Source: a virus. Taken from it: DNA of 64,000 nt. The notes under the pieces are model-generated. The model did not search any database. It saw only the letters and a program-made list of their open reading frames with translations, and had not been told where the DNA came from. Below are positions 25,302-38,900 of the stretch, in pieces. The stretch is from the IMG/VR virus record IMGVR_UViG_3300043410_001917, positions 3,331 to 67,330 of that record. One strand, given 5' to 3'. The translations under genes were made by a program, and so were the position numbers. The first letter of the stretch is position 1; each line of letters opens with the position of its first letter.

Positions 25302-27383
25302 ATGGCAGGTGCAAACTCAAATTTCAACATAACAGAACTAGATTTTAATTCTATAAAGTCTAGTATAAAAAATTATATGAAGGACAATGGTGTTCTTCAA
25401 GATTATAACTATGAAGGTTCTGCCTTGTCCACATTGTTGGATGTTTTGACTTATAACACACAATATAATGCATACTATTTGAATATGGTGGCCAATGAAA
25501 TGTTTTTAGACACGGCAATACAAAGAAATTCTGTCGTTTCTCAGGCTAAATTATTAAATTATGTTCCAAAATCTGCAATTGCTCCAACAGCCACAATCAA
25601 TATTACAGTAAACAATGTAACAACAGATGAATCGTTGACATTACCAAAATACACAAACTTTTTGGCAGAAGCCGTTGATGGAATAAATTACAACTTTGTT
25701 AATATGGATACACATACTGTAAACGTTGTTAATGGAGTTGCACAGTTTAATGAAATCGTATTGAAACAGGGAAATGCACAATCATATTCTTATACGGTTG
25801 ACAAAGGAACTAATCCAAAATCATTTTTTAAAATACCTAACGTAGATATTGATACAACCACACTCTTGGTTGTTGTGCAAGAATCTTCCTCAAATACATT
25901 AATAACAAATTTTACACGTGCTGATAACTTTCTAACATTGGATGGAAATTCCAACGTGTTCTTCTTGCAAGAAGGTCTGAATGGTTATTACGAAATATAT
26001 TTTGGTAATGGAGTTTTAGGTAAAGACTTAAATAATGGAAATATTGTTAGACTTTCATTTGTTTCTACTAAAGGAGTAAGTGCTACTGGTGCGAATAGTT
26101 TTACAGCTATGGCCACGATTGGTGGTTATGGTGACATAGTTGTTACACCAATTTATGCAGCATCACAAGGCGCCGACAAAGAAAGTATAGATTCCATTCG
26201 TTTTCAAGCACCAAAATCATATGCAGCACAAAAAAGAGCTGTCACACAAGATGACTACATTACCGCAATACAACAGAACAATTTAGGTTATTCTTTTGAT
26301 GCAGTCAATGTTTGGGGTGGTCAACAAAATGATCCTCCAGTATATGGTCGTGTATTTGTTTGCGTTAAACCATCTGGTTCCTATACACTAACTGAAAATC
26401 AAAAATCAAAATTGATTAGAGAAGTTTTAAAACCTATATCAATTATGACTGTTGAACCAACATTGGTTGATCCTGATTATACTTACATACAAATTACAGC
26501 AAATGTTCTATACGATCCTAAGAAAACGGTTTTAACATCATCACAGATTAAAGCATCAGTAAGAAATGCTATCAACAATTATTCTAAAACAACTCTCAAC
26601 ACATTTAACTCAACCTTTAAAGCTTCAGATTTTAATAATTTAATTAATTCGGTTGAACCATCAATTATAACAAACGAAATTTCAATCAACCTACAAAAGA
26701 AATTTTTCCCAAATCTAACCACACCTACGACATACAAGTTACACTATGGTGCTGAGTTGGATAAGGGTATGTTTTTGACTGGTATTTTGAGTTCACCAAC
26801 AGTTGTTTATAGAAACCCACTAAACTTGGCACAAACAATCCAAGGTTTGATTATCGAAGAAGTTCCTTCATCGACAGGTGGTGTTGAGTCTATCACACTT
26901 ACAAACCCTGGTTTTGGGTATCAGTCACCACCAACAGTCACCATTTTAGGTGATGGTTCTGGTGCAACAGCACAAGCCGTAGTGGTGAATGGTGTTATAC
27001 GAGAAATAAAGGTGTTAAACAAAGGAACAGGTTACACCGCAGCAATCGTAAAAATTACTAATGCTGCAAACGATACAACAGGAACACTAGCTGCAGCAAC
27101 TGCCACACTTGAAGGTAAATATGGAACATTAAGAACATATTACAATAGTGATTTGAATGTTAAAACCGTATTCAATGGCAACATTGGAACAGTAGATTAT
27201 AAAGGTGGTATTATTACATTGAATGCTTTTGCTCCAATTCAAGTTGACAACCCATTAGGTCAATTAACTGTGACAGCAAAACCAGTTTCAACAATCATTT
27301 CATCAACTTACAATAGAATTATTACAGTAGATGAATTTGATCCACAATCAATCATTGTTAACGTAACAGCTAAATCAACATGA
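25302..27383 (+). CDS. gp6: Baseplate wedge subunit gp6
   Basis: LDFNSIK, DYNYEGS, ANEMFLDTA, ESIDSIR..AP, RAVT..DY, PPVYGRVF. Confidence 0.93.
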   Translation: MAGANSNFNITELDFNSIKSSIKNYMKDNGVLQDYNYEGSALSTLLDVLTYNTQYNAYYLNMVANEMFLDTAIQRNSVVSQAKLLNYVPKSAIAPTATINITVNNVTTDESLTLPKYTNFLAEAVDGINYNFVNMDTHTVNVVNGVAQFNEIVLKQGNAQSYSYTVDKGTNPKSFFKIPNVDIDTTTLLVVVQESSSNTLITNFTRADNFLTLDGNSNVFFLQEGLNGYYEIYFGNGVLGKDLNNGNIVRLSFVSTKGVSATGANSFTAMATIGGYGDIVVTPIYAASQGADKESIDSIRFQAPKSYAAQKRAVTQDDYITAIQQNNLGYSFDAVNVWGGQQNDPPVYGRVFVCVKPSGSYTLTENQKSKLIREVLKPISIMTVEPTLVDPDYTYIQITANVLYDPKKTVLTSSQIKASVRNAINNYSKTTLNTFNSTFKASDFNNLINSVEPSIITNEISINLQKKFFPNLTTPTTYKLHYGAELDKGMFLTGILSSPTVVYRNPLNLAQTIQGLIIEEVPSSTGGVESITLTNPGFGYQSPPTVTILGDGSGATAQAVVVNGVIREIKVLNKGTGYTAAIVKITNAANDTTGTLAAATATLEGKYGTLRTYYNSDLNVKTVFNGNIGTVDYKGGIITLNAFAPIQVDNPLGQLTVTAKPVSTIISSTYNRIITVDEFDPQSIIVNVTAKST

Positions 27384-30300
27384 TAGATACAGGACAACTA
27401 ACATCTATACTGGTCAAAGACCAGTTACCGGAACACATCCGTGATAATTCTAATTACGAAAACTTCCATACATTCCTGAAGGCATACTATGAATGGATGG
27501 AACAGACAGGTAAGGTTTCAGATAGAACAAAAAATCTTTTATCTTACAAAGATGTGGATGAAACTACGGAAGAATTCTTAGACTACTTCACAAATGATTT
27601 TCTTCCTTTCTTTCCAAAAGAAACACTTCTAAGTAAAGAAGAAACAATCAAAGTTGCGAGACAATTATACCAAACAAAAGGAACTCCAGCATCATATGAG
27701 TTCCTGTTTCGTGTTCTATTTAATTCTGAATTTGAAGTTTTCAATACTAAAGAAGCAGTATTCAAAGCTTCTTCTGGATTATGGTATGTTTCAAAGAGTT
27801 TAAAACTTGCATCAAGTAACAGAAACTTTTTAAACACCAAAAATCTTAGAGTTTTTGGTATAGAATCCAAATCAATTGCAACAATTGAAGCCGCAGTTTT
27901 AGTCGGTGAAAAAACAGAAATTTTTATTTCTGATATTGAACGTCTGTTTGAATCTGGTGAGTTTGTTAAAATTGTAGATTCAAACAATCAAGATGTTTTA
28001 TTTGACGGTGAAATATTGACCGCAAAAATTGTAGGTCAAATCAGTCAAATCAAAATCAATTCACAAAAACGTGGTTCATTATATCAACCTGGTGATCCTG
28101 TTGTTGTGTATGATGGTATGGATGATCCTGTTAATGGTGTAGGTGCATCAGCGATTGTTTCAGAAACAACCAAAGGTTCTCTACAAAGAATTAACGTAGT
28201 TAATGGTGGTTTTGGTTACTCATTGAAACCAAATACAATCGTAACAGTTCTCAATGGTGGTGGTGCCAAAGCAAATGTGTATGCATTGTCCGAATACTTA
28301 CCACCATCTTATACAATTGTTAATGCTGGAACAGGTTATAGAGTTAATGATAGAGTCAATCATTCTAATGCCGCATTTGCTTATGTTACAAGTGTAAATC
28401 AAAATGGTGCTATTACTGGTATAAAATACGTTCCATCGGTAAATGCTCAAGCAATAGTGAGTTTAACAGCAACAGTTGAATCATCTAATCCTTTAGCAAC
28501 TGGTGCAATTATAACCACTGCACCAGCACCAGGAAATGCTAGAGCAAATGTAAGTTACATACCAATAGATGTTATTGGTTTTAAAGATGATGTTATTATT
28601 AGCAACAGTCATTTCTTTTTTGCAAATATGGCCAGTGCAAATGTCAATACAAGATTGATTGATGCACTTTCATTCTCAACACTAGAAACAAGTTCAATCT
28701 TTAGTATGGTTGTTGATAATGGTGGCGGCGGTATTGCTGCCATACCAGATATTCAAGTCACATCCACTATACCAACAGAAGATGAATTTGATACCTATTC
28801 AGCCGCACGTTCTGATATTGCGCCATTAGGAATCTTAGCACCAATACAAATCATTAAAGGTGGTGGATGGTATCAAGCAAACGATAAGATTGTTTTTAGT
28901 GGTGGTTCTGGTCGTGGTGCATACGCAAACGTTACATCTGTTGGTGCAAACGGAACTATCACAGGAATTTCTTATGTGTTTAATCCTAATGATCCATTTC
29001 CAATGTATCCATTGGGTGGAACGGGATACAAAAACGAATTTTTACCAGCAGTAACAGTTCAATCGGCAAATGCACAGGCATCAGGTGCGATACTAACTGT
29101 TCCTGGAATATTAGGAACAGGCGCAGAGTTTTCTTTGGTTGTTGACCGAGTAGGTTCAGTCACATCAATTGCACTTGAAAATTACGGTGAAGATTACTCA
29201 TCACAACCTGGTGTTTCTTTGAAGGTTCAAGACATTGTTGTTTCAAATGTGGCAATAGAAAACTTACCACGTAAGGGTGAATATATTTACCAAGGTCCAA
29301 CAATCGACCTGTCCACATATACAGCCAGAGTAAATTCAATTTCTCTATTGGCACCAGATGCAAACACAGAATTGTCTTTGTATAATCTACAAGTCTTTAA
29401 CTATAATTCAAATCCAAATCCAAACTTGATGTTGAAGATATTGGGTGAAGATAGAAATATTAATTTGAAGATGGCAAACTCTGCCTTCCCACAATTCACA
29501 AAGACACATTCATATTATGATGCGTCAGGAAATAAAACAGTATTCACCAGAAATTATAACAAACAAGGTTACATTTCATATGGTGATGGTTCCGCAAAAG
29601 CAAATGCAACTTTCTTAAACGGTCTTGTTATTGGCGAAGGTCAATATTTAACTACACAAGGTCAACCAAGTTCGTTTGACATTATGCAAGATGATAGATA
29701 CAATAACTTTACATATCTAATCACCGTTGACAAAGAAATTTCAAAGTATAGAGAAGTTTTATTGGGTCTATTGCATCCGGTTGGTTCGAATGTGTTGGGT
29801 CGTTATGGATTAAAATCTTATAACAACGTAAATTTACATTCACAAACTGCATCATATACTGGAAAACCTTGGTCTTATTATGCAGGCGAACACGTTTCAG
29901 ATGCAATTACCATTGTCACAGATTTTACCAATAAGAGTAACAACGTTATTAAATTTAACCATACACCTTATGTGGATTTGGAAGAAGTATTAACACCCCA
30001 CTCAACATACATTCAAATTGAATCTAAAAACGGACCGAATGTTTATTCGGAAATTATTGGTGTTAATGGAACAACGAATGAAGTTACATTGGCATCTAAT
30101 GTTTGGTTAACATATTCAAACGTTGCGGTTGTTACCGGAAATTCTGGTTCGAACGCACTAAATATTACATCTTTAACTGGTCTTTTTGACCTAATGAACA
30201 ATGGAAATTATAGTGATTCGGAACATCCAATAAAAGATATTGTTTATAAAGGTGACACGATTCTTGTTGATAATAATACAAGTAAAGTGGTCAACACAGT

Positions 30301-30517
30301 TGATTATGTCAACCAGAAAATATATTTAACAACCAACCTGACAGCTCATGCAAATTCACATTTGGCTGTAAAGAGAAACTTTGTAGCAAATAGTACCATA
30401 TCTTCAAATCAAATAAAAATTATTGGTTCAAATGGTTTACCTTATGTTCCAGCATTTGTCAGTGAAAATGGTATATTAATAACAACAGAACAAGAAGAAT
30501 CAATCCTTTTGGGGTAA
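27380..30517 (+). CDS. Baseplate wedge initiator, gp7-like
   Basis: FLKAYYEWME, YQTKGT..SYEFLFRVLF, YNNFTY, LLHPVG; follows gp6. Confidence 0.7.
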   Translation: MIDTGQLTSILVKDQLPEHIRDNSNYENFHTFLKAYYEWMEQTGKVSDRTKNLLSYKDVDETTEEFLDYFTNDFLPFFPKETLLSKEETIKVARQLYQTKGTPASYEFLFRVLFNSEFEVFNTKEAVFKASSGLWYVSKSLKLASSNRNFLNTKNLRVFGIESKSIATIEAAVLVGEKTEIFISDIERLFESGEFVKIVDSNNQDVLFDGEILTAKIVGQISQIKINSQKRGSLYQPGDPVVVYDGMDDPVNGVGASAIVSETTKGSLQRINVVNGGFGYSLKPNTIVTVLNGGGAKANVYALSEYLPPSYTIVNAGTGYRVNDRVNHSNAAFAYVTSVNQNGAITGIKYVPSVNAQAIVSLTATVESSNPLATGAIITTAPAPGNARANVSYIPIDVIGFKDDVIISNSHFFFANMASANVNTRLIDALSFSTLETSSIFSMVVDNGGGGIAAIPDIQVTSTIPTEDEFDTYSAARSDIAPLGILAPIQIIKGGGWYQANDKIVFSGGSGRGAYANVTSVGANGTITGISYVFNPNDPFPMYPLGGTGYKNEFLPAVTVQSANAQASGAILTVPGILGTGAEFSLVVDRVGSVTSIALENYGEDYSSQPGVSLKVQDIVVSNVAIENLPRKGEYIYQGPTIDLSTYTARVNSISLLAPDANTELSLYNLQVFNYNSNPNPNLMLKILGEDRNINLKMANSAFPQFTKTHSYYDASGNKTVFTRNYNKQGYISYGDGSAKANATFLNGLVIGEGQYLTTQGQPSSFDIMQDDRYNNFTYLITVDKEISKYREVLLGLLHPVGSNVLGRYGLKSYNNVNLHSQTASYTGKPWSYYAGEHVSDAITIVTDFTNKSNNVIKFNHTPYVDLEEVLTPHSTYIQIESKNGPNVYSEIIGVNGTTNEVTLASNVWLTYSNVAVVTGNSGSNALNITSLTGLFDLMNNGNYSDSEHPIKDIVYKGDTILVDNNTSKVVNTVDYVNQKIYLTTNLTAHANSHLAVKRNFVANSTISSNQIKIIGSNGLPYVPAFVSENGILITTEQEESILLG

Positions 30518-30520
30518 AAA

Positions 30521-31564
30521 ATGTCAACAGTAAAAATTTCACAACTACCAGAAAATAGTCCAACAACAAACACAGCCAATACAATTTTGCTTGGTGTTGA
30601 TTTGGAACAAAGTGTTACTGGCATCTATACATTAGGTGATATTTTTGCCTTGTCGGATGCATATGCTCAAGCGGCATTCTTACAGGCAAATACACCTTCA
30701 GAGGTTGCCAATTCTGCTGGTGTTTTTGCAAACGGAGCTTTCGACACCGCAAATACCGCATTAGAAACTGGTGTTGATGCATATCTAAGAGCTAATGCTT
30801 CTTACGATTCACAGAATACCACAGCAATTTTTGCCAACGGAGCATTCGTAGTTGCTAATTCTTCCTATGCCGCACAAAATACCACGGCATCATTCGCTAA
30901 TGGTGCATTTACAAGAGCAAATTCTGGTTTCGCAACAGCAAACTCAGCAGCATCTTTTGCTAATGGTGCATTTGTTGCAGCCAACTCTGGCGCAAACTTT
31001 GCCAATGCAGCCTTCACAAGAGCAAACTCTGGTTATTCCGCTGCAAACTCAGCAGCATCTTTTGCTAACGGCGCATTTACACAAGCGAATACAAATACAA
31101 CAACTGTTGCCTCTGCATATAACCAAGCAAATGCGGCATATAACTATGCAAATACATCATTACAAAACACTTCTAGTATTGTTGTCGATACAAACTTGAC
31201 AGTACCTGGTACATTAACAGTCTCTGGAGCATTGTATGCAGCAAATACAATTAGAACTCCGACTATATTTCCAGGATCTCAAACAGCAATCACTGTTAGT
31301 TTTTCAAATTCTGGTATGGTCAAGGCAAATATTGCAGCTGATTTGGTGGTAACATTAAGTTCTTTTGTTTCAGGAAAATTTGTTGATTTGATTATTACTA
31401 ATACATCTGGTCAACAACATATAATTACACATGGTTGTTCTGCAATTAATTCCACAGTAGGTGCAACTTCATTCAACTTGGGTTCTACAAAAACTTGTTA
31501 TCTAAGATATTTTAGTTTTGATGGTGACCTTGCAAATACATATGTTTCAGCCACATATCAATAA
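30521..31564 (+). CDS. Fibre-like virion protein with ANSA 14-aa repeats
   Basis: KISQLP N-terminus; ANSAASFANGAF repeats. Confidence 0.65.
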   Translation: MSTVKISQLPENSPTTNTANTILLGVDLEQSVTGIYTLGDIFALSDAYAQAAFLQANTPSEVANSAGVFANGAFDTANTALETGVDAYLRANASYDSQNTTAIFANGAFVVANSSYAAQNTTASFANGAFTRANSGFATANSAASFANGAFVAANSGANFANAAFTRANSGYSAANSAASFANGAFTQANTNTTTVASAYNQANAAYNYANTSLQNTSSIVVDTNLTVPGTLTVSGALYAANTIRTPTIFPGSQTAITVSFSNSGMVKANIAADLVVTLSSFVSGKFVDLIITNTSGQQHIITHGCSAINSTVGATSFNLGSTKTCYLRYFSFDGDLANTYVSATYQ

Positions 31565-31574
31565 TAAATAAATC

Positions 31575-32954
31575 ATGGCAAATAAAAATTTACTTACAAG
31601 CGCATCAAAGGTTTCACAGATAGACCTATTGTATTTCGCACCTGTTGCGGTGGTTCCACCGGCAATTACAACTCCATTAAATTCTTATTATTGTTTTCTT
31701 TCCAAACCAACTCCTTGGGCAGATGAAAACAATCCACCAGAACCAACTGGTGATTTAAAAACTATCAAACAAATACAGAAAAATATCTTTGTTGCAAAAC
31801 AAATTAAAACAAGTGATATTTGTCCTGTAATTCAACGTGTTGATTGGACCGAAAATTCCGTCTATGATATTTTCCGTGATGATATAGACATTTTAGAAAA
31901 AGATTTGAATGGTTATTTAAAATACACTTTCTATGTGAAAAATAAATACGACCAGGTTTTTAAATGTCTTTGGAATAATAACGAACAACCATCCACAAGA
32001 GAACCATACTTTGAACCAGGAACATATTCTGCCAACAGAATCTTCCAAGGTGACGATGGATATAAGTGGAAATTCATGTATACAATTGATACCGGTTTAA
32101 AATTGAAATTCATGGACAAAGAATGGATGCCAATTCAAATCGGATCAAATACACCAAATCCACTGGTAACATCCGCTGGCGCAGGCAGTATAGATGTTAT
32201 TAACGTTGTTGATGGTGGTTCAGGATACGACACCGTAAACGCCGTGGTCTATGTAACAATTACAGGTGACGGGACAGGTGCCACGGCATCAGCAAACGTT
32301 GAATCATTGGATGATGGTGGTTCTATACGTGATATTATTGTTGTGAATCCAGGTGGAAATTACACTTATGCTAATATTGCAGTAACATCCGCAATTGGTG
32401 GTAATGCAGTTCTAACTTGGGCAACATCTCCTGTTGGCGGTCATGGTTTTGATCCAATATCTGAGTTAGGTTGTGAACATATTATGTTGACTGCACAGTT
32501 TGATGGTGATGAAAATGGATACGTTCCAACTGAGATTGATTATCATCAGGTTGGTATTTTGGTTAATCCAACCACAAAACAATCCAGTCCAGAACCAGCA
32601 AACGGAGCTATCTACAGCACAACAACAAACGTAATTGTTGCACCTGGATCGGATGCAGGTTACGCACCAGACGAATTTGTTTATCAAGGAACAGAAAATA
32701 ATCCTACATTTTATGGGACAGTTTTGAATTTTGAGGCTGATTCCAATATGATTAGGCTGATAAATACAACCGGAACTCCATCAAATAACAGTCCAATATT
32801 TGGTCAATCGTCTAAAGTAACAAGAACATTATTGTCGTATAACAGTCCAAACTTTGCAGTGAATTCTGGTTATTTGATTTATGTTGAAAATAGGACTGGT
32901 ATTCAAAGAAGTGCTGATGGTATAGAACAATTCAGATTCGTATTAGGTTTCTAA
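31575..32954 (+). CDS. gp8: Baseplate wedge subunit gp8
   Basis: PWADENNPP, RVDW, VFKCL, DGYKWKFMY, GGHG, SGYLIYVENR. Confidence 0.85.
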   Translation: MANKNLLTSASKVSQIDLLYFAPVAVVPPAITTPLNSYYCFLSKPTPWADENNPPEPTGDLKTIKQIQKNIFVAKQIKTSDICPVIQRVDWTENSVYDIFRDDIDILEKDLNGYLKYTFYVKNKYDQVFKCLWNNNEQPSTREPYFEPGTYSANRIFQGDDGYKWKFMYTIDTGLKLKFMDKEWMPIQIGSNTPNPLVTSAGAGSIDVINVVDGGSGYDTVNAVVYVTITGDGTGATASANVESLDDGGSIRDIIVVNPGGNYTYANIAVTSAIGGNAVLTWATSPVGGHGFDPISELGCEHIMLTAQFDGDENGYVPTEIDYHQVGILVNPTTKQSSPEPANGAIYSTTTNVIVAPGSDAGYAPDEFVYQGTENNPTFYGTVLNFEADSNMIRLINTTGTPSNNSPIFGQSSKVTRTLLSYNSPNFAVNSGYLIYVENRTGIQRSADGIEQFRFVLGF

Positions 32955-32963
32955 GGGAAAAAA

Positions 32964-35900
32964 ATGGCTTTAAATTTTAACGTTGATCCATACTATGACG
33001 ATTTCGATGGAACAAAAAACTTCCACCGTATATTGTTTAAACCTGGTGTTGCTGTGCAAGCCAGAGAGTTAACGCAAGCACAAACAATATTACAAAATCA
33101 AATCACAAGTTTCGCTGACAACATCTTTAAACAAAACTCACCCGTTAGTGGTGGTCAGGTCACAACAAACTTTGATGTAAAGTATATCAAAATTCAAGCA
33201 GAATATAACGGTATTACTATTGATGTTGAACAGTTTCAAAATAAACTAATTAGAAATGCAGACGGAACAATTGTTGCTAGAGTTGTGGCCACGGCCGTTG
33301 CAACAGGAACATCTGGTGAAGGCGATCCGGCTACATTAGTTGTTTCTTATAAAACAGGAACACATTTCACAGACAACGATATCATCTATGACGCAGACTC
33401 CAATCTAACTTGCCAAGCTATGCCAAGTGATGCGGTTGGTTCTTCTTCAATCGCTTCAATTGCACAAGGTGTATTCTATGTTTTGGGTAACTTTGTTCAA
33501 GTTAATCCACAGACTGTAATCTTAGACAAGTATGGTAATCTTCCATCAAGACGTATTGGTTTGGAAATTACAGAAACAATTTATGATTATGCAACAGACA
33601 ATTCATTATTGGATCCAGCAGTTGGTGCATCCAACTATCAAGCACCAGGTGCAGACCGTTATGTAATCAGTCTACAATTATCTTCTAGACCATTATATCT
33701 TGGTGATGATGCTTTGTTTATTGAATTGGTTCGTGCAGAAGAAGGAAATGTATTTAAAATGGTTGATGGTTCCGTGTATGCAGCCATCGATGATTACTTT
33801 GCTAAGCGTGACTATGAAACCAATGGTGATTATATTGTTGAAGAATTCAAATTAACACCGAAAGTTTATGATGAAGATGCAGACAAATATACAATGACTG
33901 TCGGCAAAGGTTTGGCATATGTTCATGGATATCGTGTGGAGAATCCAGCACCACTTAATATCATTTCCAACCGTGCAAGAACAACTGCAACACAAGACAA
34001 CGAACCAGCATTTATTGACTATGGTAGTTATTTCTTAGTAAGTAATGTTGCGGGTTCTGGAACATATACATTTCCAGTAACAACTGCCAACACCGTAGAT
34101 TTTCATTGTGTTGCAAATACGGATATTAATACAGCAAACGCAACAACATACAATTCTACATTGGTTGCAACAGCTTATATTCGTGGCCTACAGTTTGATA
34201 ATAGTCCAGTAACAGCCGATGGAAGCACATACGTTTACAAAGCACATGTTTACGATTTAGTAAACAAATCAATTTCTGCAAATGTTATTACGGCAAATTC
34301 AACCTCTATAACATTACCTTCTGTTAATGGAAAAACATCTTCAGTTGACCATGCATATGATGGTGTTGATGTAACAATCACCAAAGGCACTAACGCTGGT
34401 GAAACAAGAACAATTTCAAACTACAACGGAACAACCAGAGTTGCAACAGTAAGCCAGGCCTGGAGTGTTACGCCAGATAGTTCATCTGTTTATGTTTTAA
34501 ATTTTAACACACCAGATGTTGAATCCATGGTGTTTACGGGCACATCTTATCCAAAAACAATATATGCAAGTGCGGACATTGATGACACAGGTAAAACAGG
34601 AAACATTTCTTCTGGTGATACTGTGTTCCAAAATCCAAATATACCAGAAATGGTGTACCCAATTGGTAACCCATATGTTTCCACCATCACATCACCATCT
34701 TATACAACATATCAAGAAATTAAAGGTGTGAATTTCAACGTATCTGGTGGAACAATTACCGCAACAATCGATTTTACTGGAAGTTATGCTGGCGTCATTA
34801 AACATTTAGGTAACGAAGGCACAACACTTTCTGGTGACGTTGTTGAACAATGTTACACAATCATTGTAACAGATAGACAATCAAACTCCACACTAACCAA
34901 TGGACAAATTGTTCCATGGACAATTAATGGACGTTCTGTTACCTTAAACAACGATGGTTCTGTTGCAAACTTTTCAACAGCAACATCAGATTTGTCAGCG
35001 TTCACAGCAACAATTATTGCCAAAGTATTTGTTACAGATGGAACAAACACAAGTCATGTGTTAAAAATTAAAAATTTAGTAAAAGGAAATACTGCAATCG
35101 TAAGTAGTAATGCGTCTGCTTACATGACTACAATTGCAACAAATACTTTTGTGGATGATTCTTCTAGTTCAACTGGTCATGTATACATCAAAAAAGGTGG
35201 TGTTTTGTCTAGTGGCAAACAATCATTATATCTTTCTGATGTTAAGAGAATTGTAAAAATCATTGATACAAAAACTGATATACTTCCAACTGTTGCTATG
35301 TTAACGGATGTTTCATATGATGTTACAAATCGTTACATATTTGATAATGGTCAAAGAGATAGTTACTACGACCATGCGTCCATATCATTGAGACCTGGTG
35401 CAGCAAAGCCCGTTGGTAATTTATTAATTATTTTAGACTATTATAAACATGCGGGTGGTGATGGTTACTTTAGTAAAATGTCATACATAGATACTTCAAG
35501 TTCACCAGAAGATTATAGAGAAATTCCAGTCTACGTGAGTAAACACGGTGCAGCTTATGCGTTGAGAGATTGTTTGGACTTTAGACCTTCAAGACTTAAT
35601 GCACAGTCACAATTTGTTTTCCGTTTCTCAAATCCTTCTTCAACCAGATTGGGTGTTTTACAGCCAGCCAATTTGTCAACATTTGTATGTGATTATTCTT
35701 ATTATCTTGGCCGTAAAGATAAATTGGTTATCACCAAAGATAAAGAAATTAAAATAATTGAAGGTTCACCATCAATTAATCCTATTGCACCAAACGAACC
35801 AGATAAATCATTGGTATTGGCAAATATTACACTGAAACCATACACAAGTTATGTTCCTTCAGAACTATCTTCTGGACTATCCGACCTTTCAATATTACAG

Positions 35901-38900
35901 ACTCAGCACCGCCGTTACACCATGTCTGATATTGCTGGTTTGGATACAAGAATTAATCGTATTGAATACTATACCTCTCTAAGTCAATTGGAACAAAGCG
36001 CAAACGCATTACAAATTTCTGATGCATATGGATTGAATAGATTTAAAAATGGTATTATGGTTGATGATTTCTCAAGCTTTGCAGCTGCTGATGTTGGAAC
36101 AGGAGATTTTAATGCTTCCATTAATCGTAGAACAAAACAATTAACAGCAAAACAACACGTTAAAAACTTTCCATTGAAGAATTTGTCTTTAATTTATAGT
36201 ATGAATAAGACAACAAGTTCTGCTATCGCATCACAAAATTTTGCTAAAACAACCAATGGTTCAACAAATTACTTCTCATTACCATACACAACAACAAATT
36301 TAGTTGCACAAAAATTGGCAAGTAGAACAGTCAACATTAATCCATTTGCTGTTACTACTGCAAAAGGATTGGTATCATTATCTCCAAACGTTGATAATTG
36401 GGTTGATTCAACTTACTCACCATCATTATTAATTGTTGATCCCAATTTACATATATGGCAGAGTGGAAATGAATTAAATACTTTGCTCACTGGAGATTGG
36501 CAAACTGTTTCTGCAACATCACAATTGGTTGGTAGCACATCAACAACATCACAATCGACTGTCAACCACGAAAACCATGGACGTTTTAATGGTCCTTATG
36601 GAACAAACGTTGGTTATACAGAACATATTACCGAAACATTTACAACAGAGACATATAAAGTTACGACAAATCAATCTAGAAATGATATTGTTGGTAATTA
36701 CAGTCAAATAGATAACACCTATTCATTGAATAACGGTTATATTAATGATATTAGTATTCTTCCTTGGATAAGAAAACAAGAAGTTGTTATTTCCGCTTTC
36801 AATTTACTATACAAAACACAAATACATGGTTTCTTTGACACAAAAAATGTCGATAATTATATCAGAAAATCAAATGAAATTGAATTGACAAACGTTGCCG
36901 GTTCATTTAGTCAAGGTGATATTATTGGTTACTATTCGTCAGGAACATATTTTCCAACTGGTATAGTTCTTGGTGTTTATGAATATCCAGATACCAATAA
37001 TTGTAGATTGTATGTGGCTGGAGATGGCAAGACAACAACTTACAATAATGGACTTTCATTACAGAATTCACACTATAATAGTGATGGTGTTTATCAAAAC
37101 ACCACTGCTCAAGGAACATTTGTTAGTCAGAAACACAGAGGTGGATTGGTTCAAACTGTTGGAAGTTCCACATCAATAACATTATCTAGTTTAGCTTCAA
37201 GTGATAATACAGATTATGTTGGACAAACATTATATATTACTTCTGGATCAGGAAAAGGTCAATCAGCCGTTGTATCTAGTTATAATGGAACAACAAAGGT
37301 TATAACATTAACAACAGGAATAACCTGTTCTGCTGGCGATATCTATTCTATTGGAACATTCGTAACAAATGAAGAAGGATCTTTCTACGGCGTATTTACC
37401 ATTCCAGAAAATACTTTCCAAACTGGAACAAGAGTGTTCCGTATGGACAATCGTTTGAATGATAACGAAAGCACCATTACAACTTATGGTGAAGGTTCCT
37501 TCTATGCTTCTGGTCTACAAACCAACAAACAAAACATAGACTTTGGTGCATCACCATCTGGTGCAAAAGACACCTTCACTCAAGTTAATAAACAAACAGT
37601 AATATCTTCCGCAACAAAGAACCTTTATAATAGAAGTGTTTGGATTTCACCATATGATCCTGTTGCACAAACATTTATTATAGACAAAGATAATTATCCA
37701 AACGGCGCTTTCTTGACATCCATTAAAGCATTTTTTGCAAGCAAACCTACAAGTGATACAGCTCCAGTAACTTTGTCGGTTGTCGGAACATTAAATGGTT
37801 ATCCAAATGGTTCAACATTGGATAATGGTATTGTTACATTACCTGCATATAAAATTAAAACATCAGAGTCACCTCAATATTTGGATTCAACAGCATATAC
37901 AGAATTTGTTTTTGATTCTCCAGTTTATGTTCAACCCGAAACACTATATGCATTTATTTTAAAATCATCATCCAATGAATATACATTATATGCTGCAGCA
38001 AATGGTGATAATGCATTACCTTCATCAGTTAAAAATCTCGTAACCGATCCATATCCAAGTTCAATCACAAAGATTTCTGGTGCGCCGTATGTTGGTGGTT
38101 TATTCTTATCACAAAACGCACAGACCTGGACCGTGGATCAAAACCAGAGTTTGATGTTTACAATCGAACGTGCTAAGTTTGACATTACAAAAACACCTTC
38201 AATCAGAATGGTTGTTCCTAAGAAAATGCCACAAAGAACATTGATTGAAGATAGTGTTGATTACTATACCAATGCAAACAATTTAACTGATAATATTGGA
38301 ACAACATCAAACAAAGACTTGTTGGTTGATGCTTTCAACCTGTCAACAACAGATTTTGTTCCTTCTTCAACAAAAATATCATATACTTACTCTGCAATGT
38401 TGCAAAATGGTGCGGATACATCCGAAATTTCTGTCAATCCAGGAAGATACGGAACAACCATGTATAACCACATTTATTTGAATGATAATAAAGGTGAAAG
38501 AATCATTAAAGCAAACTCAACAACATCATTCTCAATGTATGGTTATTTGGAATCTACAAATGATGCTGTATCTCCTTTTATTGCCGATTCTGGAACATCA
38601 GTATTTGCAATTCAATATGATATTAACAACTGTCCATTATCCAATAATTTGATTACCGTGACAGACGGCGGCAGTGGTTATAATGTTCAAACAACAACAG
38701 TAAGCATTTCTGCACCAACAGGAAAGAATAGTGAACAAGCTTATGCAACCGCAAACGTGGTGAATGGAGTGATTGACGCAATCTATATCACAACACCTGG
38801 TGCGGGATACATTGAGACACCTACAATTACTATCACAGATGCAAACACTACACCAGGAACAGGTGCAACAGCAATTGTAGCTGGTGAAACATCAAGCCGA